NCBI GenBank assembly: GCA_964016885.1
Contig: OZ024743.1
Coordinates: 45,260,001-45,324,000, forward strand
DNA length: 64,000 nucleotides
DNA from: Eledone cirrhosa
Lineage: Eukaryota
Direction of reading: 5' to 3'
A program made the translations under genes and the position numbers. The notes beneath the pieces were generated by a model. The model ran no database searches. It saw only the letters and a program-made list of their open reading frames with translations, and was not told the origin of the DNA. Positions 14,758 to 28,600 of the stretch are shown one piece after another (the first letter of the stretch is position 1; every line of letters starts with the position of its first letter).

Positions 14758-17700
14758 TTAGACCAACGGAACTTTATGAGATTCTAGTCTATCACCCAAG
14801 TAGACCAACGGAACTTTATGAGATTCTAGTCTATCACCCAAGTAGACCAACGGAACTTTATGAGATTCTAGTCTATCACCCAAGTAGACCAACGGAACTT
14901 TATGAGATTCTAGTCTATCACCCAAGTAGACCAACGGAACTTTATGAGATTCTAGTCTATCACCCAAGTAGACCAACGGAACTTTATGAGATTCTAGTCT
15001 ATCACCCAAGTAGGCTAACAGAACTTTATGAGATTCTAGTCTATCACCCAAGTAGACCAACAGAACTTTATGAGATTCTAGTCTATCACCCAAGTAGACC
15101 AACGGAACTTTATGAGATTCTAGTCTATCACCCAAGTAGGCTAACGGAACTTTATGAGATTCTAGTCTATCACCCAAGTAGACCAACGGAACTTTATGAG
15201 ATTCTAGTCTATCACCCAAGTAGACCAACGGAACTTTATGAGATTCTAGTCTATCACCCAAGTAGGCTAACGGAACTTTATGAGATTCTTGTCTATCACC
15301 CAAGTAGGCTAACGGAACTTTATGAGATTCTAGTCTATCACCCAAGTAGACCAACGGAACTTTATGAGATTCTAGTCTATCACCCAAGTAGACCAACGGA
15401 ACTTTATGAGATTCTAGTCTATCACCCAAGTAGACCAACTGAACTTTATGAGATTCTAGTCTATCACCCAAGTAGACCAACGGAACTTTATGAGATTCTA
15501 GTCTATCACCCAAGTAGACCAACGGAACTTTATGAGATTCTAGTCTATCACCCAAGTAGACCAACGGAACTTTATGAGATTCTAGTCTATCACCCAAGTA
15601 GACCAACGGAACTTTATGAGATTCTAGTCTAACACCCAAGTAGGCTAACGGAACTTTATGAGATTCTAGTCTATCACCCAAGTAGACCAACGGTACTTTA
15701 TGAGATTCTAGTCTATCACCCAATTAGACCAACGGAACTTTATGAGATTCTACTCTATCACCCAAGTAGACCAACGGAACTTTATGAGATTCTAGTCTAT
15801 CACCCAAGTAGGCTAACGGAACTTTATGAGATTCTAGTCTATCACCCAAGTAGGCTAACAGAAATTTATGAGATTCTAGTCTATCACCCAAGTAGGCTAA
15901 CAGAACTTTATGAGATTCTAGTCTATCACCCAAGTAGGCTAACAGAACTTTATGAGATTCTAGTCTATCACCCAAGTAGGCTAACAGAACTTTATGAGAT
16001 TCTAGTCTATCACCCAAGTAGGCTAACGGAACTTTATGAGATTCTAGTCTGTCACCCAAGTAGACCAACGGAACTTTATGAGATTCTACTCTATCACCAA
16101 AGTAGACCAACGGAACTTTATGAGATTCTAGTCTATCACCCAAGTAGACCAACGGAACTTTATGAGATTCTAGTCTATCACCCAAGTAGACCAACGGAAC
16201 TTTATGAGATTCTACTCTAACACCCAAGTAGACCAACGGAACTTTATGAGATTCTACTCTATCACCCAAGTAGACCAACGGAACTTTATGAGATTCTAGT
16301 CTATCACCCAAGTAGACCAACGGAACTTTATGAGATTCTAGTCTATCACCCAAGTAGACCAACGGAACTTTATGAGATTCTAGTCTATCACCCAAGTAGG
16401 CTAACAGAACTATATGAGATTCTAGTCTATCACCCAAGTAGACCAACGGAACTTTATGAGATTCTAGTCTATCACCCAAGTAGGCTAACGGAACTTTATG
16501 AGATTCTAGTCTATCACCCAAGTAGACCAACGGAACTTTATGAGATTCTAGTCTATCACCCAAGTAGACCAACGGAACTTTATGAGATTCTAGTCTATCA
16601 CCCAAGTAGGCTAACGGAACTTTATGAGATTCTAGTCTATCACCCAAGTAGGCTAACGGAACTTTATGAGATTCTAGTCTATCACCCAAGTAGACCAACG
16701 GAACTTTATGAGATTCTAGTCTATCACCCAAGTAGACCAACGGAACTTTATGAGATTCTAGTCTATCACCCAAGTAGACCAACGGAACTTTATGAGATTC
16801 TAGTCTATCACCCAAGTAGACCAACGGAACTTTATGAGATTCTACTCTATCACCCAAGTAGACCAACGGAACTTTATGAGATTCTAGTCTATCACCCAAG
16901 TAGACCAACGGAACTTTATGAGATTCTAGTCTATCACCCAAGTAGACCAACGGAACTTTACGAGATTCTAGTCTAACACCCAAGTAGGCTAACGGAACTT
17001 TATGAGATTCTAGTCTATCACCCAAGTAGACCAACGGAACTTTATGAAATTCTAGTCTATCACCCAATTAGACCAACGGAACTTTATGAGATTCTAGTCT
17101 ATCACCCAAGTAGACCAACGGAACTTTATGAGATTCTAGTCTATCACCCAAGTAGACCAACGGAACTTTATGAGATTCTAGTCTATCACCCAAGTAGACC
17201 AACGGAACTTTATGAGATTCTAGTCTATCACCCAAGTAGACCAACGGAACTTTATGAGATTCTAGTCTATCACCCAAGTAGACCAACGGAACTTTATGAG
17301 ATTCTAGTCTATCACCCAAGTAGGCTAACAGAACTTTATGAGATTCTAGTCTATCACCCAAGTAGACCAACAGAACTTTATGAGATTCTAGTCTATCACC
17401 CAAGTAGACCAACGGAACTTTATGAGATTCTAGTCTATCACCCAAGTAGGCTAACGGAACTTTATGAGATTCTAGTCTATCACCCAAGTAGACCAACGGA
17501 ACTTTATGAGATTCTAGTCTATCACCCAAGTAGACCAACGGAACTTTATGAGATTCTAGTCTATCACCCAAGTAGGCTAACGGAACTTTATGAGATTCTT
17601 GTCTATCACCCAAGTAGGCTAACGGAACTTTATGAGATTCTAGTCTATCACCCAAGTAGACCAACGGAACTTTATGAGATTCTAGTCTATCACCCAAGTA

Positions 17701-20700
17701 GACCAACGGAACTTTATGAGATTCTAGTCTATCACCCAAGTAGACCAACTGAACTTTATGAGATTCTAGTCTATCACCCAAGTAGACCAACGGAACTTTA
17801 TGAGATTCTAGTCTATCACCCAAGTAGACCAACGGAACTTTATGAGATTCTAGTCTATCACCCAAGTAGACCAACGGAACTTTATGAGATTCTAGTCTAT
17901 CACCCAAGTAGACCAACGGAACTTTATGAGATTCTAGTCTAACACCCAAGTAGGCTAACGGAACTTTATGAGATTCTAGTCTATCACCCAAGTAGACCAA
18001 CGGTACTTTATGAGATTCTAGTCTATCACCCAATTAGACCAACGGAACTTTATGAGATTCTACTCTATCACCCAAGTAGACCAACGGAACTTTATGAGAT
18101 TCTAGTCTATCACCCAAGTAGGCTAACGGAACTTTATGAGATTCTAGTCTATCACCCAAGTAGGCTAACAGAAATTTATGAGATTCTAGTCTATCACCCA
18201 AGTAGGCTAACAGAACTTTATGAGATTCTAGTCTATCACCCAAGTAGGCTAACAGAACTTTATGAGATTCTAGTCTATCACCCAAGTAGGCTAACAGAAC
18301 TTTATGAGATTCTAGTCTATCACCCAAGTAGGCTAACGGAACTTTATGAGATTCTAGTCTGTCACCCAAGTAGACCAACGGAACTTTATGAGATTCTACT
18401 CTATCACCCAAGTAGACCAACGGAACTTTATGAGATTCTAGTCTATCACCCAAGTAGACCAACGGAACTTTATGAGATTCTAGTCTATCACCCAAGTAGA
18501 CCAACGGAACTTTATGAGATTCTACTCTATCACCCAAGTAGACCAACGGAACTTTATGAGATTCTAGTCTATCACCCAAGTAGACCAACGGAACTTTATG
18601 AGATTCTACTCTATCACCCAAGTAGACCAACGGAACTTTATGAGATTCTACTCTATCACCCAAGTAGACCAACGGAACTTTATGAGATTCTAGTCTATCA
18701 CTCAAGTAGACCAACGGAACTTTATGAGATTCTAGTCTATCACCCAAGTAGGCTAACAGAACGTTATGAGATTCTAGTCTATCACCCAAGTAGGCTAACA
18801 GAACTTTATGAGATTCTAGTCTATCACCCAAGTAGACCAACGGAACTTTATGAGATTCTAGTCTATCACCCAAGTAGACCAACGGAACTTTATGAGATTC
18901 TAGTCTATCACCCAAGTAGGCTAACAGAACGTTATGAGATTCTAGTCTATCACCCAAGTAGGCTAACAGAACTTTATGAGATTCTAGTCTATCACCCAAG
19001 TAGACCAACGGAACTTTATGAGATTCTACTCTATCACCCAAGTAGACCAACGGAACTTTATGAGATTCTAGTCTATCACCCAAGTAGACCAACGGAACTT
19101 TATGAGATTCTACTCTATCACCCAAGTAGACCAACGGAACTTTATGAGATTCTACTCTATCACCAAAGTAGACCAACGGAACTTTATGAGATTCTAGTCT
19201 ATCACCCAAGTAGACCAACGGAACTTTATGAGATTCTAGTCTATCACCCAAGTAGACCAACGGAACTTTATGAGATTCTACTCTAACACCCAAGTAGACC
19301 AACGGAACTTTATGAGATTCTACTCTATCACCCAAGTAGACCAACGGAACTTTATGAGATTCTAGTCTATCACCCAAGTAGACCAACGGAACTTTATGAG
19401 ATTCTAGTCTATCACCCAAGTAGACCAACGGAACTTTATGAGATTCTAGTCTATCACCCAAGTAGGCTAACAGAACTATATGAGATTCTAGTCTATCACC
19501 CAAGTAGACCAACGGAACTTTATGAGATTCTAGTCTATCACCCAAGTAGGCTAACGGAACTTTATGAGATTCTAGTCTATCACCCAAGTAGACCAACGGA
19601 ACTTTATGAGATTCTAGTCTATCACCCAAGTAGACCAACGGAACTTTATGAGATTCTAGTCTATCACCCAAGTAGGCTAACGGAACTTTATGAGATTCTA
19701 GTCTATCACCCAAGTAGGCTAACGGAACTTTATGAGATTCTAGTCTATCACCCAAGTAGACCAACGGAACTTTATGAGATTCTAGTCTATCACCCAAGTA
19801 GACCAACGGAACTTTATGAGATTCTAGTCTATCACCCAAGTAGACCAACGGAACTTTATGAGATTCTAGTCTATCACCCAAGTAGACCAACGGAACTTTA
19901 TGAGATTCTAGTCTATCACCCAAGTAGACCAACGGAACTTTATGAGATTCTAGTCTATCACCCAAGTAGACCAACGGAACTTTATGAGATTCTAGTCTAT
20001 CACCCAAGTAGACCAACGGAACTTTATGAGATTCTAGTCTAACACCCAAGTAGGCTAACGGAACTTTATGAGATTCTAGTCTATCACCCAAGTAGACCAA
20101 CGGAACTTTATGAGATTCTAGTCTATCACCCAATTAGACCAACGGAACTTTATGAGATTCTAGTCTATCACCCAAGTAGACCAACGGAACTTTATGAGAT
20201 TCTAGTCTATCACCCAAGTAGACCAACGGAACTTTATGAGATTCTAGTCTATCACCCAAGTAGACCAACGGAACTTTATGAGATTCTAGTCTATCACCCA
20301 AGTAGACCAACGGAACTTTATGAGATTCTAGTCTATCACCCAAGTAGACCAACGGAACTTTATGAGATTCTAGTCTATCACCCAAGTAGGCTAACAGAAC
20401 TTTATGAGATTCTAGTCTATCACCCAAGTAGACCAACAGAACTTTATGAGATTCTAGTCTATCACCCAAGTAGACCAACGGAACTTTATGAGATTCTAGT
20501 CTATCACCCAAGTAGGCTAACGGAACTTTATGAGATTCTAGTCTATCACCCAAGTAGACCAACGGAACTTTATGAGATTCTAGTCTATCACCCAAGTAGA
20601 CCAACGGAACTTTATGAGATTCTAGTCTATCACCCAAGTAGACCAACGGAACTTTATGAGATTCTAGTCTATCACCCAAGTAGATCAACGGAACTTTATG

Positions 20701-23700
20701 AGATTCTAGTCTATCACCCAAGTAGACCAACGGAACTATATGAGATTCTAGTCTATCACCCAAGTAGACCAACAGAACTTTATGAGATCCTAGTCTATCA
20801 CCCAAGTAGACCAACGGAACTTTATGAGATTCTAGTCTATCACCCAAGTAGACCAACGGAACTTTATGAGATTCTACTCTATCACCCAAGTAGACCAACG
20901 GAACTTTATGAGATCCTAGTCTATCACCCAAGTAGACCAACGGAACTTTATGAGATTCTAGTCTATGAACCCAAGTAGGCTAACGGAACTTTATGAGATT
21001 CTAGTCTATCACCCAAGTAGACCAACGGAACTTTATGAGATTCTAGTCTATCACCCAAGTAGGCTAACGGAACTTTATGAGATTCTAGTCTATCACCCAA
21101 GTAGACCAACGGAACTTTATGAGATTCTAGTCTATGAACCCAAGTAGGCTAACGGAACTTTATGAGATTCTAGTCTATCACCCAAGTAGGCTAACGGAAC
21201 TTTATGAGATTCTAGTCTATCACCCAAGTAGACCAACGGAACTTTATGAGATTCTAGTCTATGAACCCAAGTAGGCTAACGGAACTTTATGAGATTCTAG
21301 TCTATCACCCAAGTAGACCAACGGAACTTTATGAGATTCTAGTCTATCACCCAAGTAGGCTAACAGAACGTTATGAGATTCTAGTCTATCACCCAAGTAG
21401 GCTAACAGAACTTTATGAGATTCTAGTCTATCACCCAAGTAGACCAACGGAACTTTATGAGATTCTAGTCTATCACCCAAGTAGACCAACGGAACTTTAT
21501 GAGATTCTAGTCTATCACCCAAGTAGGCTAACAGAACATTATGAGATTCTAGTCTATCACCCAAGTAGGCTAACAGAACTTTATGAGATTCTAGTCTATC
21601 ACCCAAGTAGACCAACGGAACTTTATGAGATTCTACTCTACCACCCAAGTAGACCAACGGAACTTTATGAGATGCTAGTCTATCACCCAAGTAGACCAAC
21701 GGAACTTTATGAGATTCTACTCTATCACCCAAGTAGACCAACGGAACTTTATGAGATTCTACTCTATCACCAAAGTAGACCAACGGAACTTTATGAGATT
21801 CTAGTCTATCACCCAAGTAGACCAACGGAACTTTATGAGATTCTAGTCTATCACCCAAGTAGACCAACGGAACTTTATGAGATTCTACTCTAACACCCAA
21901 GTAGACCAACGGAACTTTATGAGATTCTACTCTATCACCCAAGTAGACCAACGGAACTTTATGAGATTCTAGTCTATCACCCAAGTAGACCAACGGAACT
22001 TTATGAGATTCTAGTCTATCACCCAAGTAGACCAACGGAACTTTATGAGATTCTAGTCTATCACCCAAGTAGGCTAACAGAACTATATGAGATTCTAGTC
22101 TATCACCCAAGTAGACCAACGGAACTTTATGAGATTCTAGTCTATCACCCAAGTAGGCTAACAGAACTATATGAGATTCTAGTCTATCACCCAAGTAGAC
22201 CAACGGAACTTTATGAGATTCTAGTCTATCACCCAAGTAGGCTAACGGAACTTTATGAGATTCTAGTCTATCACCCAAGTAGACCAACGGAACTTTATGA
22301 GATTCTAGTCTATCACCCAAGTAGACCAACGGAACTTTATGAGATTCTAGTCTATCACCCAAGTAGGCTAACGGAACTTTATGAGATTCTAGTCTATCAC
22401 CCAAGTAGGCTAACGGAACTTTATGAGATTCTAGTCTATCACCCAAGTAGACCAACGGAACTTTATGAGATTCTAGTCTATCACCCAAGTAGACCAACGG
22501 AACTTTATGAGATTCTAGTCTATCACCCAAGTAGACCAACGGAACTTTATGAGATTCTAGTCTATCACCCAAGTAGACCAACGGAACTTTATGAGATTCT
22601 AGTCTATCACCCAAGTAGACCATCGGAACTTTATGAGATTCTAGTCTATCACCCAAGTAGACCAACGGAACTTTATGAGATTCTAGTCTATCACCCAAGT
22701 AGACCAACGGAACTTTATGAGATTCTAGTCTAACACCCAAGTAGGCTAACGGAACTTTATGAGATTCTAGTCTATCACCCAAGTAGACCAACGGAACTTT
22801 ATGAGATTCTAGTCTATCACCCAATTAGACCAACGGAACTTTATGAGATTCTAGTCTATCACCCAACTAGACCAACGGAACTTTATGAGATTCTAGTCTA
22901 TCACCCAAGTAGACCAACGGAACTTTATGAGATTCTAGTCTATCACCCAAGTAGACCAACGGAACTTTATGAGATTCTAGTCTATCACCCAAGTAGGCTA
23001 ACGGAACTTTATGAGATTCTAGTCTATCACCCAAGTAGGCTAACGGAACTTTATGAGATTCTAGTCTATCACCCAAGTAGACCAACGGAACTTTATGAGA
23101 TTCTAGTCTATCACCCAAGTAGGCTAACAGAACTTTATGAGATTCTAGTCTATCACCCAAGTAGACCAACAGAACTTTATGAGATTCTAGTCTATCACCC
23201 AAGTAGACCAACGGAACTTTATGAGATTCTAGTCTATCACCCAAGTAGACCAACGGAACTTTATGAGATTCTAGTCTATCACCCAAGTAGACCAACGGAA
23301 CTTTATGAGATTCTAGTCTATCACCCAAGTAGACCAACGGAACTTTATGAGATTCTAGTCTATCACCCAAGTAGACCAACGGAACTTTATGAGATTCTAG
23401 TCTATCACCCAAGTAGACCAACGGAACTTTATGAGATTCTAGTCTATCACCCAAGTAGGCTAACAGAACTTTATGAGATTCTAGTCTATCACCCAAGTAG
23501 ACCAACAGAACTTTATGAGATTCTAGTCTATCACCCAAGTAGACCAACGGAACTTTATGAGATTCTAGTCTATCACCCAAGTAGGCTAACGGAACTTTAT
23601 GAGATTCTAGTCTATCACCCAAGTAGACCAACGGAACTTTATGAGATTCTAGTCTATCACCCAAGTAGACCAACGGAACTTTATGAGATTCTAGTCTATC

Positions 23701-23907
23701 ACCCAAGTAGACCAACGGAACTTTATGAGATTCTAGTCTATCACCCAAGTAGACCAACGGAACTTTATGAGATTCTAGTCTATCACCCAAGTAGACCAAC
23801 GGAACTATATGAGATTCTAGTCTATCACCCAAGTAGACCAACAGAACTTTATGAGATCCTAGTCTATCACCCAAGTAGACCAACGGAACATTATGAGATT
23901 CTAGTCT

Positions 23908-25680
23908 ATGAACCCAAGTAGGCTAACGGAACTTTATGAGATTCTAGTCTATCACCCAAGTAGACCAACGGAACTTTATGAGATTCTAGTCTATCACCCA
24001 AGTAGGCTAACGGAACTTTATGAGATTCTAGTCTATCACCCAAGTAGACCAACGGAACTTTATGAGATTCTAGTCTATGAACCCAAGTAGGCTAACGGAA
24101 CTTTATGAGATTCTAGTCTATCACCCAAGTAGGCTAACGGAACTTTATGAGATTCTAGTCTATGAACCCAAGTAGGCTAACGGAACTTTATGAGATTCTA
24201 GTCTATCACCCAAGTAGGCTAACGGAACTTTATGAGATTCTAGTCTATGAACCCAAGTAGGCTAACGGAACTTTATGAGATTCTAGTCTATCACCCAAGT
24301 AGACCAACGGAACTTTATGAGATTCTAGTCTATCACCCAAGTAGGCTAACAGAACTTTATGAGATTCTAGTCTATCACCCAAGTAGACCAACGGAACTTT
24401 ATGAGATTCTAGTCTATGAACCCAAGTAGGCTAACGGAACTTTATGAGATTCTAGTCTATCACCCAAGTAGGCTAACGGAACTTTATGAGATTCTAGTCT
24501 ATCACCCAAGTAGACCAACGGAACTTTATGAGATTCTAGTCTATGAACCCAAGTAGGCTAACGGAACTTTATGAGATTCTAGTCTATCACCCAAGTAGAC
24601 CAACGGAACTTTATGAGATTCTAGTCTATCACCCAAGTAGGCTAACAGAACTTTATGAGATTCTAGTCTATCACCCAAGTAGACCAACGGAACTTTATGA
24701 GATTCTAGTCTATCACCCAAGTAGGCTAACGGAACTTTATGAGATTCTAGTCTATGAACCCAAGTAGGCTAACGGAACTTTATGAGATTCTAGTCTATCA
24801 CCCAAGTAGACCAACGGAACTTTATGAGATTCTAGTCTATCACCCAAGTAGACCAACGGAACTTTATGAGATTCTAGTCTATCACCCAAGTAGGCTAACG
24901 GAACTTTATGAGATTCTAGTCTATCACCCAAGTAGGCTAACGGAACTTTATGAGATTCTAGTCTATGAACCCAAGTAGGCTAACGGAACTTTATGAGATT
25001 CTAGTCTATCACCCAAGTAGACCAACGGAACTTTATGAGATTCTAGTCTATCACCCAAGTAGACCAACAGAACTTTATGAGATCCTAGTCTATCACCCAA
25101 GTAGACCAACGGAACTTTATGAGATTCTAGTCTATCACCCAAGTAGGCTAACAGAACTTTATGAGATTCTAGTCTATCACCCAAGTAGACCAACGGAACT
25201 TTATGAGATTCTAGTCTATCACCCAAGTAGGCTAACGGAACTTTATGAGATTCTAGTCTATGAACCCAAGTAGGCTAACGGAACTTTATGAGATTCTAGT
25301 CTATCACCCAAGTAGACCAACGGAACTTTATGAGATTCTAGTCTATCACCCAAGTAGACCAACGGAACTTTATGAGATTCTAGTCTATCACCCAAGTAGG
25401 CTAACGGAACTTTATGAGATTCTAGTCTATCACCCAAGTAGGCTAACGGAACTTTATGAGATTCTAGTCTATGAACCCAAGTAGGCTAACGGAACTTTAT
25501 GAGATTCTAGTCTATCACCCAAGTAGACCAACGGAACTTTATGAGATTCTAGTCTATCACCCAAGTAGACCAACAGAACTTTATGAGATCCTAGTCTATC
25601 ACCCAAGTAGACCAACGGAACTTTATGAGATTCTAGTCTATGAACACAAGTAGGCTAACGGAACTTTATGAGATTCTAGT
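23908..25680. repeat. Cluster of 43-bp variant monomers spaced 2-7 monomers apart
   Basis: ATGAAC at 23908, 24077, 24162, 24247, 24416, 24543, 24754, 24965, 25260, 25471 and 25640. Confidence 0.9.
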
Positions 25681-28600
25681 CTATCACCCAAGTAGACCAA
25701 CGGAACTTTATGAGATTCTAGTCTATCACCCAAGTAGGCTAACAGAACTTTATGAGATTCTAGTCTATCACCCAAGTAGACCAACGGAACTTTATGAGAT
25801 TCTAGTCTATCACCCAAGTAGGCTAACAGAACGTTATGAGATTCTAGTCTATCACCCAAGTAGGCTAACAGAACTTTATGAGATTCTAGTCTATCACCCA
25901 AGTAGACCAACGGAACTTTATGAGATTCTACTCTATCACCCAAGTAGACCAACGGAACTTTATGAGATTCTAGTCTATCACCCAAGTAGACCAACGGAAC
26001 TTTATGAGATTCTAGTCTATCACCCAAGTAGACCAACGGAACTTTATGAGATTCTAGTCTATCACCCAAGTAGGCTAACAGAACGTTATGAGATTCTAGT
26101 CTATCACCCAAGTAGGCTAACAGAACTTTATGAGATTCTAGTCTATCACCCAAGTAGACCAACGGAACTTTATGAGATTCTAGTCTATCACCCAAGTAGG
26201 CTAACAGAACTTTATGAGATTCTAGTCTATCACCCAAGTAGGCTAACAGAACTTTATGAGATTCTAGTCTATCACCCAAGTAGGCTAACAGAACTTTATG
26301 AGATTCTAGTCTATCACCCAAGTAGGCTAACAGAACTTTATGAGATTCTAGTCTATCACCCAAGTAGGCTAACAGAAGTTTATGAGATTCTAGTCTATCA
26401 CCCAAGTAGGCTAACAGAACTTTATGAGATTCTAGTCTATCACCCAAGTAGGCTAACAGAACTTTATGAGATTCTAGTCTATCACCCAAGTAGACCAACG
26501 GAACTATATGAGATTCTAGTCTATCACCCAAGTAGACAAACGGAACTTTATGAGATTCTAGTCTATCACCCAAGTAGGCTAACGGAACTTTATGAGATTC
26601 TAGTCTATCACCCAAGTAGGCTAACAGAACTTTATGAGATTCTAGTCTATCACCCAAGTAGACCAACGGAACTATATGAGATTCTAGTCTATCACCCAAG
26701 TAGACAAACGGAACTTTATGAGATTCTAGTCTATCACCCAAGTAGGCTAACAGAACTTTATGAGATTCTAGTCTATCACCCAAGTAGGCTAACAGAACTT
26801 TATGAGATTCTAGTCTATCACCCAAGTAGGCTAACAGAACTTTATGAGATTCTAGTCTATCACCCAAGTAGGCTAACAGAACTTTATGAGATTCTAGTCT
26901 ATCACCCAAGTAGGCTAACAGAACTTTATGAGATTCTAGTCTATCACCCAAGTAGGCTAACAGAACTTTATGAGATTCTAGTCTATCACCCAAGTAGGCT
27001 AACAGAACTTTATGAGATTCTAGTCTATCACCCAAGTAGACCAACGGAACTTTATGAGATTCTAGTCTATCACCCAAGTAGACCAACGGAACTTTATGAG
27101 ATTCTAGTCTATCACCCAAGTAGACCAACGGAACTTTATGAGATTCTAGTCTATCACCCAAGTAGGCTAACGGAACTTTATGAGATTCTAGTCTATCACC
27201 CAAGTAGGCTAACGGAACTTTATGAGATTCTAGTCTATCACCCAAGTAGGCTAACGGAACTTTATGAGATTCTAGTCTATCACCCAAGTAGGCTAACAGA
27301 ACTTTATGAGATTCTAGTCTATCACCCATGTAGACCAACGGAACTTTATGAGATTCTAGTCTATCACCCAAGTAGACCAACGGAACTTTATGAGATTCTA
27401 GTCTATCACCCAAGTAGACAAACGGAACTTTATGAGATTCTAGTCTATCACCCAAGTAGGCTAACGGAACTTTATGAGATTCTAGTCTATCACCCAAGTA
27501 GGCTAACGGAACTTTATGAGATTCTAGTCTATCACCCAAGTAGGCTAACAGAACTTTATGAGATTCTAGTCTATCACCCATGTAGACCAACGGAACTTTA
27601 TGAGATTCTAGTCTATCACCCAAGTAGACCAACGGAACTTTATGAGATTCTAGTCTATCACCCAAGTAGACAAACGGAACTTTATGAGATTCTAGTCTAT
27701 CACCCAAGTAGGCTAACGGAACTTTATGAGATTCTAGTCTATCACCCAAGTAGGCTAACAGAACTATATGAGATTCTAGTCTATCACCCAAGTAGACAAA
27801 CGGAACTTTATGAGATTCTAGTCTATCACCCAAGTAGGCTAACGGAACTTTATGAGATTCTAGTCTATCACCCAAGTAGACCAACGGAACTTTATGAGAT
27901 TCTAGTCTATCACCCAAGTAGGCTAACGGAACTTTATGAGATTCTAGTCTATCACCCAAGTAGACCAACGGAACTTTATGAGATTCTAGACTATCACCCA
28001 AGTAGACCAACGGAACTTTATGAGATTCTAGTCTATCACCCAAGTAGGCTAACGGAACTTTATGAGATTCTAGTCTATCACCCAAGTAGGCTAACGGAAC
28101 TTTATGAGATTCTAGTCTATGAACCCAAGTAGGCTAACGGAACTTTATGAGATTCTAGTCTATCACCCAAGTAGACCAACGGAACTTTATGAGATTCTAG
28201 TCTATCACCCAAGTAGAACAACAGAACTTTATGAGATCCTAGTCTATCACCCAAGTAGACCAACGGAACTTTATGAGATTCTAGTCTATGAACCCAAGTA
28301 GGCTAACGGAACTTTATGAGATTCTAGTCTATCACCCAGGTAGACCAACGGAACTTTATGAGATTCTAGTCTATCACCCAAGTAGGCTAACGGAACTTTA
28401 TGAGATTCTAGTCTATCACCCAAGTAGACCAACGGAACTTTATGAGATTCTAGTCTATCACCCAAGTAGGCTAACAGAACGTTATGAGATTCTAGTCTAT
28501 CACCCAAGTAGGCTAACAGAACTTTATGAGATTCTAGTCTATCACCCAAGTAGACCAACGGAACTTTATGAGATTCTACTCTATCACCCAAGTAGACCAA

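Larger units (their letters stand above)
552..20964. repeat. Indel-free domain of 486 monomers organised into higher-order blocks marked by the CCCAATTAG variant
   Basis: 20965-552 = 486x42+1. CCCAATTAG markers (minus-strand stops) lie at 3670, 5770, 6736, 10180, 10852, 11482, 14758, 15724, 17068, 18034 and 20134, giving spacings of 50, 23, 82, 16, 15, 78, 23, 32, 23 and 50 monomers. Confidence 0.93.
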
